Part shown: positions 7,857 through 16,057 of the stretch, one piece after another
How the letters are laid out: every line of letters begins with the position of its first letter
Position numbering within the stretch: position 1 is the stretch's first letter
Origin: a virus
Taxonomy: Duplodnaviria; Caudoviricetes
Strand: one strand, 5' to 3'
Length of the DNA stretch: 37,342 nt
IMG/VR virus record: IMGVR_UViG_3300006037_000017
Span: 1 to 37,342 of that record
Program-made: the position numbers and the translations under genes
The notes under the pieces: model-generated
Database searches by the model: none
Told to the model about the DNA's origin: nothing
What the model saw: only the letters and a program-made list of their open reading frames with translations

Positions 7857-8630
7857 ATGAAACCCACTTTTGTCGAGACGGAGAACGTCAGGGAGTTTTA
7901 TGGCGCGTTGAAGCGCGTGAACGAGCGCGGCGCTGTCGAGGCCTGCCTCGTGGTTGTCGACGGGCAACCCGGCCTTGGGAAGACTACCACGATCCGCCAT
8001 TGGGTGGCGCAAACGGGCAGCCTCTACCTGCGCGCGCAAAAGGGATGGGATTACAGCTGGTTGATCCAAGAGGTGCTGACCTCAATGGGGATCGACGCCA
8101 AGACCATTCGCGGCAAACGGGACCGCTTTGCGCGGGTGCTGGAAGAACTGTCCGAACGTGCCTCGCGCGCGGTGTTCGAGAATAAGACCTTTGGTCTGGT
8201 GATCGACGAATGCGACATGATCTCAAACCGGGCCGAGATCATGGAGGCCGTTCGCGGGATTTCCGATCTGCGCTACATGCCCACGATCCTTGTTGGCATG
8301 GGCAGCCTGCGCGATAATTTGCGCCGCTTTCCCCAGATCGAAAGCCGCGCACCCAACAAGGTGAGCTTCCGCCCAGCTTCGCTCGAGGATGCACGCGCCT
8401 TGATCGATGCGCGCTGCGAAGTGCCGGTCGCGCCCGATCTGACGCAATTTGTTCACCAGCTTTCCAAGGGCTTCAACCGCGAAATCCTTGAAGCGATTGC
8501 ACATATTGAACGCTTCGGCATGCGCGCTGATCCGGGGCCGGAAGGCATCACGATGGCCGATATGGCCGGACAGGTCGTGATGAATGATCGCAACACCGGC
8601 AAGCCGATCCGTGTACCGGGGGCTGCGTGA
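7857..8630 (+). CDS. MuB-like AAA+ transposition ATPase
   Basis: Walker A GQPGLGKT, Walker B LVIDE, ILVGM, R-finger SR. SD GAGGA before 7857; alternative coupled start at 7809. Confidence 0.92.
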   Translation: MKPTFVETENVREFYGALKRVNERGAVEACLVVVDGQPGLGKTTTIRHWVAQTGSLYLRAQKGWDYSWLIQEVLTSMGIDAKTIRGKRDRFARVLEELSERASRAVFENKTFGLVIDECDMISNRAEIMEAVRGISDLRYMPTILVGMGSLRDNLRRFPQIESRAPNKVSFRPASLEDARALIDARCEVPVAPDLTQFVHQLSKGFNREILEAIAHIERFGMRADPGPEGITMADMAGQVVMNDRNTGKPIRVPGAA

Positions 8631-9223
8631 TGGTTGATCGTCATCATCCCGGTTTGGCTCCGACCGCATTGCTGAAACGGCTTTCCGGTGGCGTTTGCCT
8701 GACGACGGATCAGTTGGCCGCTGACCTGGACCTGACCAAACGTCAGGTTTCTGACGCGGCCGCCAATTTGCTGCGCCGTGACTATCTCGAACGGATGGCC
8801 GTTGGCTGCTACCAACTGACCCCTGCTGGCATCAAGGCAGCGGCAGATAGTGTCGTGATCAAGTCTGGCCCCAAAGGGCCGCGCAATCGCGTCCCCGAGT
8901 TCCGCGACACTCTGCAACAGCGCGCTTGGACGGCGATGCGCAACCAGTACGCCTTTAGCATTCCCGATATCGCGCTCCATGCCGCGAAGCCGGGTGATGA
9001 GAGGGCCGAAAGGACCATCGGGCGGTATTTGCACCTTCTGGAAGCAGTTGCCTATGTCGAAGTATCGCCCCATCGCGTGCCTGCAGCGGCACCGACGAGC
9101 AATGGCCACAAGTTCTATCGGGTGCTGCAAAACACTGGCCCGCGCGCACCCGCAAAGCTCTCTAAGGCTGTCGGTATTCACGATTTCAACTTGAAGAGGG
9201 ATGTGTTGTGCAGCCCGCTTTGA
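8627..9223 (+). CDS. Winged-HTH hypothetical protein
   Basis: LTTDQLAADLDLTKRQVSDAAANLLRRDYL...YQLTPAG; GTGA coupling. Confidence 0.7.
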   Translation: MMVDRHHPGLAPTALLKRLSGGVCLTTDQLAADLDLTKRQVSDAAANLLRRDYLERMAVGCYQLTPAGIKAAADSVVIKSGPKGPRNRVPEFRDTLQQRAWTAMRNQYAFSIPDIALHAAKPGDERAERTIGRYLHLLEAVAYVEVSPHRVPAAAPTSNGHKFYRVLQNTGPRAPAKLSKAVGIHDFNLKRDVLCSPL

Positions 9224-9582
9224 ACCTCAATTTGCCCGAGCCGGAATGGATCACCTTGCTGCGTCTTGAGCAGGCGAAGGGCAAATCCATCAGCCAGATC
9301 GCGCGCGAAACCGAAATGAAGCGCCCGTCTGTGTCGATGCTGCTGTCGGGCACCTATCCCGCGCAAAGCCTTGATCTGGCGACCAGCAAGCACGGCTCGC
9401 GCATCCTCAAGCTCTACCGCGACCAGGTGCTTTGCCCTCACCAGCACCGAGGCCTCGAGATCGCCAAATGTCGCGCGCTCGCGTCCGCACCGATGTCCAC
9501 CTCGGATCCCGATCAAATCTCGCAGTGGCGCGCATGCCGCCAGTGCGCCCTGAACCCCCACAAACCGGAGAAAGGCCAATGA
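9208..9582 (+). CDS. HTH protein with Cys-rich C-terminus
   Basis: SISQIARETEMKRPSVSMLLSGTYP; CPH...C...CRQC. Confidence 0.7.
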   Translation: MQPALNLNLPEPEWITLLRLEQAKGKSISQIARETEMKRPSVSMLLSGTYPAQSLDLATSKHGSRILKLYRDQVLCPHQHRGLEIAKCRALASAPMSTSDPDQISQWRACRQCALNPHKPEKGQ

Positions 9583-9908
9583 CCAGAGCGACTTTGGTGG
9601 ACGTCATGGACGCAATCGACTGGTCGCCCAAGGCCGTCCGCTCGATCAACTCCATGCTCGAATTTACGCTTCAGGACGAAGGCGGCGCGGCCGTCATCAT
9701 GGCAGCTGCCCTGATAGTTGCCCGCGAGTTTCCCGCAGAGCAGCGGGGCGCTGACAAAGCCATCGAGCAGATTGGCACCGAGTTTTCCGAACTGATTTCA
9801 GAGGCGAGCAGGTTGATCGCCTTGAAGAAAAAACGCCCGGCGCTGTGCGTCGTTGGCGGCACCGACACCCAAAACAAAGGAACTTCCCATGACCGCGCAA
9901 CAATCTGA
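9579..9908 (+). CDS. Hypothetical protein
   Basis: ATGA coupling; SD-like GGAGAAAGG upstream. Confidence 0.65.
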   Translation: MTRATLVDVMDAIDWSPKAVRSINSMLEFTLQDEGGAAVIMAAALIVAREFPAEQRGADKAIEQIGTEFSELISEASRLIALKKKRPALCVVGGTDTQNKGTSHDRATI

Positions 9909-10548
9909 ATTCAAACCGGCATCCATTCCTGACGGCAAGATCCTCGTGGGTGAGAAGCCCTACATGTCTGACGCCAGAGGGGCGCTTTTGCCGATCGACG
10001 TCATCAAGCCGCAGCACCTTCTGGAAGATCAGATGGTGCGCGGACAGTTTGGCTGGTTTCTCGGCCTCGTCGAGCAGGCTGACCGTTTCCGAGGGCATCT
10101 GTTCACCGATCTCGGCGAATTTGACGCTCTCCTTGCCGAGAAATACGGCGCTGAAAAGGGTGGTCCGAAGGGCAATCGCACCTACTCGACCATTGATGAC
10201 TGCTTCAAAATCAGTGTCCGCGTGCGGGATGAGATCGACTTCGGGCCGGAATTGCAGGCCGCGAAATCGCTGATCGACGAATGTCTGCGCGGTTGGAGCG
10301 AGGACGCTTCGGCACCGCTGCGCGTGATCGTGAACGGCGCTTTCAACGTCGACAAAGAGGGCATGATCAACAAAGCCGAGATTTTCAAGCTGTTGCGCCA
10401 CGACATTGAAGATCCGAGGTGGATTTCGGCGATGACAGCTCTGCGTGATGCAATCCGCATCACCGGCTCGCGGACGTCTTACGAATTCCGCATGCGCTCC
10501 GCCCCCGGTGCACCGCTGATCACCGTCAGCATCACTCCGACTCGGTGA
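9889..10548 (+). CDS. DUF3164 family protein
   Basis: YMSDARGALLP...IKPQHLLED, KGNRTYST, IDFGPELQAAKSLIDECL, AFNVDKEG. SD AAGGA. Confidence 0.85.
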   Translation: MTAQQSEFKPASIPDGKILVGEKPYMSDARGALLPIDVIKPQHLLEDQMVRGQFGWFLGLVEQADRFRGHLFTDLGEFDALLAEKYGAEKGGPKGNRTYSTIDDCFKISVRVRDEIDFGPELQAAKSLIDECLRGWSEDASAPLRVIVNGAFNVDKEGMINKAEIFKLLRHDIEDPRWISAMTALRDAIRITGSRTSYEFRMRSAPGAPLITVSITPTR

Positions 10549-10555
10549 GGCAGAG

Positions 10556-10945
10556 ATGATCCGTTACATCATTCCGCCTGTCGCCGTGCCGCGGGTCATC
10601 TCTGGCACAGCGCTGCAGACCTTCCAAGGTCCGCAGCCGCGCCACGCACAGCCCGGCGAGCGCATTGAACTGGTCGACAATGCCTCGCGCCGTCAGATCA
10701 TCCCGCCACCGCTTTGCACGGCGGTGGTGCGGTGTGAAATCCTTTGGTTTGGCAATCGTATCACCCGCATTCGCGAGGGCGGTGCGGCACTCTTCCACCT
10801 CGACAAGTTCGCGCATGCCTGCGGTTATTCGAACCTTGAAGAGTTGGAAGGCGATTTCGCGCGCCGCTTCAAGCCGACCTACATGGAAGGCTTCCTCGTC
10901 GAGTGGGTGCCGCCAAGTGCTGCTCCTGCATTGGCGGTGGCCTGA
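10556..10945 (+). CDS. Hypothetical protein, possibly ASCH/PUA-like
   Basis: SD GAGG; RHAQPGERIEL...LCTAV...DKFAHACGY resembles phage ASCH-like proteins. Confidence 0.55.
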   Translation: MIRYIIPPVAVPRVISGTALQTFQGPQPRHAQPGERIELVDNASRRQIIPPPLCTAVVRCEILWFGNRITRIREGGAALFHLDKFAHACGYSNLEELEGDFARRFKPTYMEGFLVEWVPPSAAPALAVA

Positions 10946-11196
10946 TGCTTGATCGCAGCACCCTCGAAGAGGATATCGCCGCCGCCCGGATGCAGTTTCC
11001 GCTCGGCAGTCGGGTAATCTACACGCCCGTCAAAGGCGTCGCGAAGTGCGAAGACACGGTTGTGCGCTCTGCGCCTTGGGCGCTCGGTCACGGCGAAATC
11101 GTGTTGAAGATTGAGGGTCGCGCTGGCGGCGTTTCGATCAAACACCTCGCCAAAGTCGTGCCGCCTCGTCACCCCGCAACCAGCATTGGGGAATGA
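10945..11196 (+). CDS. Hypothetical protein
   Basis: TGATG coupling; FPLGSRVIYTP...RSAPWALGHG. Confidence 0.65.
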   Translation: MLDRSTLEEDIAAARMQFPLGSRVIYTPVKGVAKCEDTVVRSAPWALGHGEIVLKIEGRAGGVSIKHLAKVVPPRHPATSIGE

Positions 11197-11822
11197 CGAT
11201 GGCCATTCCCTTCTGGACCCGCAGCGGCACGATCGACCTGTCAGCTTTGCAGCCGCAAGACATGACGGCGGAAATTCTGGCTGACACCTTGTCGAAGCAA
11301 AACCGCTTCGGTGGCCGCACAGCCTCACCGTGGCCGCTGACCTCGCATCTGTGTCTTGTGGCGGCGCTCTGCCCGATCGAGCTGAAAGCATGGGCGCTTT
11401 TGCACGACGCAGGGGCCGCGTTCCTGGGCGAGATCATGTCGCCCGCGCTGGAATTCATTTGCGAGGCTGGCACGCGCACCGCTGTTGAGAACGCCTTCAG
11501 GAACGCTCGCGTTCGGATCAACCGTGCGATCGGTGCGGGTTGGGGCGTCGTCGTGCGCTCTGAAAACCACCGCCTGCTCGATGCCGACCGTATTGCCGTT
11601 CAGGCCGAGGCATTTGTTTTGCTGGGCACGGCCCCGCAGTTCCTGACTACAGCGGACGAGGCGGATTTCGATCTCGCAGTCGCCTTCGTGAAGGTGGAGC
11701 GCGACCTCCATTGGCAAGGGTCGCGCGCCCTCTGGCTCTCCGCAGTCAAAGATCTGGCATCCCTTGGGCAGTTGACGCTGCCCAAGGCTGACGAAGCGTA
11801 CGGCATTGGGCCGGGCGTTTAA
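11193..11822 (+). CDS. HD-domain phosphohydrolase (YfbR/YfdR-like), degenerate
   Basis: LSKQNRFGG...SHL...ALLHDA...FLGEIMSP...DADRIAVQAE. Confidence 0.75.
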   Translation: MTMAIPFWTRSGTIDLSALQPQDMTAEILADTLSKQNRFGGRTASPWPLTSHLCLVAALCPIELKAWALLHDAGAAFLGEIMSPALEFICEAGTRTAVENAFRNARVRINRAIGAGWGVVVRSENHRLLDADRIAVQAEAFVLLGTAPQFLTTADEADFDLAVAFVKVERDLHWQGSRALWLSAVKDLASLGQLTLPKADEAYGIGPGV

Positions 11823-11839
11823 CCCCACTGGAGGAACCT

Positions 11840-12112
11840 ATGGGCACTGTTAACAAAGGCGAAATCATCCGCCAAGTCGCTGAAAAGACGTCGGCACCGC
11901 AAGCCCGCACAAAGGAAATGCTTGATGCATTTCTCGATGCTGTCACCAGCCACGCCGAGGCGGGCGACACCGTCAACTTGATCGGCTTTGGCCGTTTTTC
12001 GGTGAAGGCGCGGGCTGCGCGCACCGGGCGCAATCCGGGAACGGGTCTTCCGATTGAGATCGCCGAAAGTCGGACGCTGACCTTCAAGGCGTCGAAAAAC
12101 AAAACGACCTGA
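11840..12112 (+). CDS. HU family DNA-binding protein
   Basis: NKGEII, LIGFGRF, RTGRNPGTG, FKASK. SD GGAGG. Confidence 0.95.
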   Translation: MGTVNKGEIIRQVAEKTSAPQARTKEMLDAFLDAVTSHAEAGDTVNLIGFGRFSVKARAARTGRNPGTGLPIEIAESRTLTFKASKNKTT

Positions 12113-12120
12113 CGGACCTT

Positions 12121-12188
12121 TGCGAAACCCCGCCCGGATCAAACCGGGCGGCGGTCGGCACGGCGTGGTGGCCCTGTCCTGATGAGCA
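12121..12188 (+). ncRNA. Type II hammerhead ribozyme
   Basis: TGC-GAAA-[stem III, loop ATCAAA]-GTC^-[stem I GGCACGGC/GCCCTGTC, loop GTGGTG]-CTGATGA-GCA. All core nucleotides are present and the element is intergenic. Confidence 0.88.
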
Positions 12189-12202
12189 GCCCGGAGGTAG
12201 AG

Positions 12203-12781
12203 ATGAGCTATATGTTGCGTGACCGCCCCGATGGGCAATTTGAGATCGTGCTGTCTCGGCCGATCCTTGTCGGCATTTTCCCCGAGAAGGATGTGGCATC
12301 GCGGGTGATGTTCTTCCTTCAGGAAGAAGAGATCGTTCTGCCCGAGCAAGCCGTCGCGTCATTCGGTCAGACGTTGCGCGACGCAGCAGCGGCTGAGGCA
12401 GAGACGCAGGATTCGCTTCTGGATGTGGTTGAGGTGAAACGGGCCTCCCCCCCCCTGAGGCATACACCCGCCGTTGTGGCGAAGCCCAAGGTGCCTGCTG
12501 TCAGGCCAAAGACCGCGCCTCTGATGGTCGTCTCCGACCGCCTGACCAGTGTCCAACTCGAAGAGGCTTTCGCGCGTATCGTGAACGGCGAAAAGCTCAA
12601 TGTGATCGCTCCGACCTTCGATCTGACCGTTGGGCAGCTGCGATCAGTCTGGGGTCAGCAATGTCGCAAGCTGCAACAGCATTTGGCGGAGGGCGGTCAG
12701 GTGCCGTGCGCGATGTGTAAAACGCCGTTTGTCCCATCTATTTCTCACCCCGACAGCTGCGCGCGGTGCAGCCGTGACTGA
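12203..12781 (+). CDS. Hypothetical protein with C-terminal CxxC...CxxC
   Basis: SD GGAGGT at 12193-12198, ATG 12203; CAMC...CARC. Confidence 0.75.
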   Translation: MSYMLRDRPDGQFEIVLSRPILVGIFPEKDVASRVMFFLQEEEIVLPEQAVASFGQTLRDAAAAEAETQDSLLDVVEVKRASPPLRHTPAVVAKPKVPAVRPKTAPLMVVSDRLTSVQLEEAFARIVNGEKLNVIAPTFDLTVGQLRSVWGQQCRKLQQHLAEGGQVPCAMCKTPFVPSISHPDSCARCSRD

Positions 12782-13013
12782 TCATCGCCCCTCGCTCGAA
12801 GAATTGAAGCCCAAAACGATTGACGGGCTCAAAGGATTGGCCAAGCGCATCAAAAAGCGTGATGGGATCTCTCACTCTCAGGCGCTGGAGGCAGCAGCGC
12901 AACAGGCCGGGTTTCTGGCCTATCAGGCAGCGCGAAATGCGCTCGTCGAGCCGCAGGATCATACGGAAGAGGTCTTGCCGGGGTCGGCTTTCGAAAGGCT
13001 GTTGCGGCAATGA
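12774..13013 (+). CDS. Small hypothetical helical protein
   Basis: GTG start overlapping the previous gene; TIDGLKGLAKRIKKRDGISHSQALEAAAQQAGF. Confidence 0.65.
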   Translation: MTDHRPSLEELKPKTIDGLKGLAKRIKKRDGISHSQALEAAAQQAGFLAYQAARNALVEPQDHTEEVLPGSAFERLLRQ

Positions 13014-13438
13014 ACACCACAGCGATCATCAACATCGCCAAAGGCCAGTTGAACATGGTCGAGGATGACTATCGCGCCATGCTGGCCCGCGTGACGGGTT
13101 TGGCCAGCTTGCGCGCCATGACCGAGAGTCAGAAAATCACCGTTCTTGACGAAATGAAGCGCCTCGGTTTTCGGGTCAAATCGGGCGGCAAAACCCTTCC
13201 GGCCTCGGTGAAGCCCTATGTGCGGCTGATCCACGCGCTCTGGAAATCCTGCCATCGTCTCGGCGTGATCGACAATGCTTCGCGTCCAGCGCTGCGCGCC
13301 TTCTGCAAGCGTTTTGTCGCCCCCGGCGATGACTCGGTCGCCGTCGATCCCGATCTGCTCGATTCCGTACAGGCCACGCCGATCATCGAAGCGCTGAAAA
13401 AGATGGAACGGCGCGGCCGTGAAAAGAGTGCTGGCTGA
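13010..13438 (+). CDS. gemA: Mu GemA (gp16, DUF1018) family protein
   Basis: INIAKGQLNMVEDDYRAML...VLDEMKRLGF...IHALW...ALRAFCKR...IIEALKKM. Confidence 0.88.
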   Translation: MNTTAIINIAKGQLNMVEDDYRAMLARVTGLASLRAMTESQKITVLDEMKRLGFRVKSGGKTLPASVKPYVRLIHALWKSCHRLGVIDNASRPALRAFCKRFVAPGDDSVAVDPDLLDSVQATPIIEALKKMERRGREKSAG

Positions 13439-13857
13439 TGGACAAGGCAATTCCTGACGCCCAAATCCGCCGCGCTTGGCTCGATCTGTCGATGACGTCG
13501 GCCGAGGCCGCGCGGTCGGTGGGATTGTCTCGGACGGGCCTTTGGGCGCGCGCCAAAAAGCTGACCTTGCCTGCTCGGCCGGAAGGTCGGCGCGAGGTGA
13601 TCCCGCGTGAAATCCTTGCCCCGCTTTGGGCTGCAAACGTGTGTGTTGCTGATATTGCAGCACTTTATCATTGCCCTGATGTGAGTGTCAGCCAAAGTGC
13701 GCGCCGCTATGGTTTGCCGAAACGGCCCAAGGGCAAGCGCCACCTTATTTCGCTGGACGATTACCGCCAGCAGCTCCTGGGCCAGATCATGGCCCGTGAC
13801 GCCGCCGAGGAAGCTCTTGCGCGTATCCCATTTAGAATGGGGATTGCGGCAGAATGA
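13438..13857 (+). CDS. Hypothetical protein with two HTH-like repeats
   Basis: TGATG coupling; repeated ...AKKLTLPAR / ...ARRYGLPKR units. Confidence 0.65.
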   Translation: MDKAIPDAQIRRAWLDLSMTSAEAARSVGLSRTGLWARAKKLTLPARPEGRREVIPREILAPLWAANVCVADIAALYHCPDVSVSQSARRYGLPKRPKGKRHLISLDDYRQQLLGQIMARDAAEEALARIPFRMGIAAE

Positions 13858-14234
13858 ACCCGGATTTCGACGGCCTTCCAGAATCGCTCGTGGACCTTGC
13901 GGAGGCGCTTGGACTGCGCGTCGCATTGGTATTCATGCGCGAATTCGGTGGCCGCGAGATCCGTATCCCCAAAAATCCCGGCGCAGATCATCCCATCATG
14001 AAAGCGCTCGGCGAGGAAGATGGCCGGGCTCTGTGCCATTACATGGTTGATCAGACAGTTTATGTGCCCCATTGCAGAGCTGCTGGACGTCGTCGTGTGG
14101 CTCTGGATATGATCGCGAAGGGCGAAACCCGTGGCGCTATTGCCCGCACGCTGCAGCTTTCAGAGCGCCATGTGCGCCGCATAGCGAACAACACCCCCGA
14201 TAACACCCCCGACCTTTTCTCCGATTTGGACTAA
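13854..14234 (+). CDS. Mor/C-like late transcription activator
   Basis: LPESLVDLAEALG...FGGREIRIPK...IARTLQLSERHVRRI; last gene before the lysis cassette. Confidence 0.85.
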   Translation: MNPDFDGLPESLVDLAEALGLRVALVFMREFGGREIRIPKNPGADHPIMKALGEEDGRALCHYMVDQTVYVPHCRAAGRRRVALDMIAKGETRGAIARTLQLSERHVRRIANNTPDNTPDLFSDLD

Positions 14235-14279
14235 CCGGACACATGTCCGAACCGAAACGCCTCGGGCGCGCGCGATATT
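14234..14279 (+). promoter_or_regulatory. Late promoter 1 (Plys-like), activator-binding palindrome
   Basis: ACCGGACA-CA-TGTCCGAACCGA (14234-14255), 20/22 identical to 21741-21762. Confidence 0.8.
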
Positions 14280-14303
14280 GCGGGCGATCCTCGGGAGCGC
14301 TCC

Positions 14304-14945
14304 ATGTCCAAAGCCGCCATTTCACTGATCCAATCCGGTCTGCGTGACCTCGGATATAATCCGGGGCCGATTGACGGTGTTTTCGGCCGCAAGACCGACG
14401 CCGCCGCCGATCTTTGGTTGATGAACGGCGGTGCCGCCACATCGACCTTGCTGAAGCCCGAAACAGCTCAGATCATGCTGCAAGGCGCTCGGCAGTATTC
14501 GATCGACGAAGTGATCGTGCATTGCAGCGCGACGCGCCCAGATTGGATGGTCAGTGCCCCGTTCTCAGAGCAAGTGGCCGAGATTAAGCGCTGGCATACT
14601 GACCCCGTGGCGAAGGGCGGCCGGGGTTGGCGCAACATTGGTTATCACTGGCTGATAAGCCGCTCAGGTCTGATTTTGGCAGGGCGCAAGGAAACCGAGA
14701 TCGGCGCGCATGTTGAAGGCCACAACAATGGCACGATTGGCATCTGCCTTATCGGTGGCGCGGGCTCGTCAGAGACTGACCGCTTCGACCAGCATTTCAC
14801 CGCCGCGCAAGATACCACCCTCCGTCAGCTTCTGCAGGGCATCGGCATGCGCACCGCGATCAAGAAGATCAGCGGCCATAACCAATATGCTGCGAAGGCT
14901 TGTCCCGGCTTCAATGTTCCCAACTGGCTCAAGGAGGCCGCATGA
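14304..14945 (+). CDS. Endolysin: peptidoglycan-binding domain plus T7-lysozyme-like amidase
   Basis: LGYNPGPIDGVFGRKT; IVHCSAT, GWRNIGYH, GAHVEGHN, GHNQY, KACPGF. Confidence 0.93.
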   Translation: MSKAAISLIQSGLRDLGYNPGPIDGVFGRKTDAAADLWLMNGGAATSTLLKPETAQIMLQGARQYSIDEVIVHCSATRPDWMVSAPFSEQVAEIKRWHTDPVAKGGRGWRNIGYHWLISRSGLILAGRKETEIGAHVEGHNNGTIGICLIGGAGSSETDRFDQHFTAAQDTTLRQLLQGIGMRTAIKKISGHNQYAAKACPGFNVPNWLKEAA

Positions 14946-15316
14946 TGTTGCACGAATTTCTTGGGGCAGTCCTGCCCGCGCTTTTGCAGTTGGCGGGTAT
15001 CGTGCTCGCTGCGGTGATCGGGCAAGCGGCTCTGAAACTCAAATCCCGCTGGGGCATTGATATCGAAAAAGCCCATCAGGACTCGCTGCATCGCGCCCTG
15101 ATGTCAGGGATCAACTCAGCACTGATGCGCAATTTCACCGGCGCATCGGCGGCTGAGGCTGCTGTTGCGTATGCAAAGCGCAGCGTTCCCGATGCCATCA
15201 AGGCGCTTAAACCGGCCTCGGATGTCCTCCGGTCCTTGGCAGAGGCCAAGTTGCGCGAAATTTCACCACGCGATGCCGTTGCCGCGTTCCAGCCCAAAGA
15301 ACGCGCTCGCGAGTAG
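14942..15316 (+). CDS. Membrane protein, putative holin-like
   Basis: N-terminal transmembrane segment; ATGA coupling with the endolysin. Confidence 0.6.
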   Translation: MMLHEFLGAVLPALLQLAGIVLAAVIGQAALKLKSRWGIDIEKAHQDSLHRALMSGINSALMRNFTGASAAEAAVAYAKRSVPDAIKALKPASDVLRSLAEAKLREISPRDAVAAFQPKERARE

Positions 15317-15324
15317 AGGCAAAA

Positions 15325-15567
15325 TTGATTGACTTCAGCCAACATATTCAGCGGATCGACCAGGCGCACCAGCGCCTGGACAAACACGATTCCAGACTGA
15401 TCACGCTTGAGACCCACACCGCCGTCGCGACGGAGCGGGCCAAGAACATCGAGAAATCCCTAGATGATATCAAGGGAGGCCAGACCTGGCTGATCCGCCT
15501 CGTCATCGGCGCAATCTTACTGGGCGTTGTTGCCTTTATTCTGAAAGGGGGCCTCAATGTCTCGTGA
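15325..15567 (+). CDS. XhlA-like membrane protein (holin-like)
   Basis: Coiled coil followed by WLIRLVIGAILLGVVAFIL; SD GAGG and TTG start. Confidence 0.7.
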   Translation: MIDFSQHIQRIDQAHQRLDKHDSRLITLETHTAVATERAKNIEKSLDDIKGGQTWLIRLVIGAILLGVVAFILKGGLNVS

Positions 15568-16057
15568 AGAACCCGACCGCCGCAAAGCCCGGTCAGACTA
15601 CGTTTATCGCCGGATGACGCTTGCCACCATCGCGGTGACCCACAACGTCCACGAAGCGACTGTCGGGCGCTGGAAGAAATCCGCCAAGGATGACGGCGAC
15701 GATTGGGACAAAGCCCGCACCGCGCACGTCATTGCCGGTGAAGGGGTGGAAGTCGTCGTCTCATCCGTCGTCGAAGATTTCATGATCCAAGCGCAGGCCA
15801 TCCTGGACGAAATCAAATCCGGCTCCCACACCACCCAAGAAAAGGTGCAGATGCTGGTGTCGCTTTCGGATGCGATGACGAAAATGGCTGCCAGCGCCAA
15901 GCGTTTTGCTCCGAAGATCAGCGAACTCGGCGTGGCCCAAGACGTCATGGCGAAGCTGCTGGAGTTCGTGCGCGAAACCTTCCCGCAATATTCGGCGATG
16001 ATCCTAGAGATCATCGAGCCGTTTGGTGAGCATCTGGCGGGGATCTATACCACATGA
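15557..16057 (+). CDS. DUF1804 protein (Mu gp27-like, putative small terminase)
   Basis: ARSDYVY...TVGRWKK...GDDWDKAR; directly precedes terL. Confidence 0.85.
   Translation: MSREEPDRRKARSDYVYRRMTLATIAVTHNVHEATVGRWKKSAKDDGDDWDKARTAHVIAGEGVEVVVSSVVEDFMIQAQAILDEIKSGSHTTQEKVQMLVSLSDAMTKMAASAKRFAPKISELGVAQDVMAKLLEFVRETFPQYSAMILEIIEPFGEHLAGIYTT

Noticed and set aside
14190-14210. Tandem AACACCCCCGA repeat at the end of the Mor/C gene
   Set aside because: Two copies encoding NTPD-NTPD; a trivial local duplication.
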